A stretch of 63,365 bases of DNA, the filler included, from Choristocarpus tenellus KU-1152 (lineage: Eukaryota; Protista; Phaeophyceae): assembly GCA_964200185.2 (NCBI GenBank). It is 11 parts of 11 records of this genome, joined end to end, with 100 filler letters (N's around TTAATTAATTAA, not from the genome) between each part and the next. Parts side by side here need not be neighbours in the genome. Positions count along the whole stretch, not along the records: positions 56,262 to 63,365 come from CAXNAD020006693.1; 10 more parts are not named here. One strand, 5' to 3'. Each line of letters begins with the position of its first letter. Positions within the stretch are counted from its first letter, which is position 1. Positions 62,714-63,365 of the stretch are shown piece after piece. The notes under the pieces were generated by a model. That model had not been told where the DNA came from. It saw only the letters and a program-made list of their open reading frames with translations, and did no database searches. The translations under genes were made by a program, and so were the position numbers.

Positions 62714-63217
62714 GATCACAGAACGGTTACGGATGGACTAAAAAAAAAAACTAGTTTCTTTGCACTAGCTATATATTGTGTGATGCGATACAGCACAATA
62801 ATAGCTTGTTGCAGATGCTTGGGACTTCTGACATTTTGATGTGGTAGGATTGTAAAAATGTTTTTGTGTGTATGTGTTTTTATCACTGTTTTCTCAGTGC
62901 AGCAATTGGAAATAATATTCAGGTTGAAGGAAGACTTTGAAAAATAAGAAGCTACCCCTCCGACCCTCCCTCCTGAGGACACCCTTGGAAGAGGATCATT
63001 GAAACGAATGAATGACTGACTAGTTGTAGTTACACCATGGTGATATCAGACACAGCAAACACACACACAGAAAGAGTGCCGATATACTCTTATCGATTTT
63101 CTAGTGTGATACATATTGTGAACAATCCTGTGATGTTAATGATTGAAACTGATTGGCCCACTTCTCCCTCCCTCCCCTCCCCTCCCCTCCCCCCCTGCTG
63201 TGTATCATGTCTGGCAG

Positions 63218-63322
63218 GAGAGGGGAAGAAGCAGGAGTCGCGTTTCTTTGGGGGTGTTGTCTTCTGAAAGCGAAGACAGCGATGATGGACGCATGGATGG
63301 TGGGGGGGGGGGAGGTGCACAG
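63218..63322 (+). CDS. Putative low-complexity exon (ERGRSRSRVSLGVLSSESEDSDDG...)
   Basis: Pyrimidine tract plus CAG acceptor, GT donor, 105 nt open. Confidence 0.45.
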
Positions 63323-63365
63323 GTGTGTGTGGGGGGGTGGGTGTGTGTGTGTGTGTGTGTATAAG

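Overview
Eukaryotic, transposon-rich genomic DNA. It is not one continuous locus: 11 short contigs are joined by ten synthetic 100-nt linkers (N44-TTAATTAATTAA-N44), so nothing can be inferred across a linker. GT-AG introns, TTAGGG repeats, a bipartite plastid-targeting-like leader and the transposon families point to a photosynthetic stramenopile, probably a brown alga (inference). Host genes: one apparently complete 3-exon SGNH/PC-esterase-like gene, partial genes for an ABC1K/UbiB kinase, a CW-zinc-finger protein, a CDC50/LEM3 subunit, an OTU deubiquitinase and a Lys-rich protein of unknown function, plus an intact tRNA-Gln(CTG). Most of the rest is nested mobile DNA: a very abundant MITE with GAG...CTC ends (Sola2-like) and related poly-G MITEs, a decayed Sola2-like transposase, four DD39D mariner segments, a pogo-like relic, a copia-like LTR family carrying only gag, and CRE-like and RTE-like LINE fragments. 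The most unusual signal is frequent short interstitial (TTAGGG)n arrays. In one MITE both terminal repeats carry the same 4-bp insertion, turning them into telomeric repeats, and one array appears to provide an intron branch point. All family assignments come from motif recognition by eye, not from database searches.
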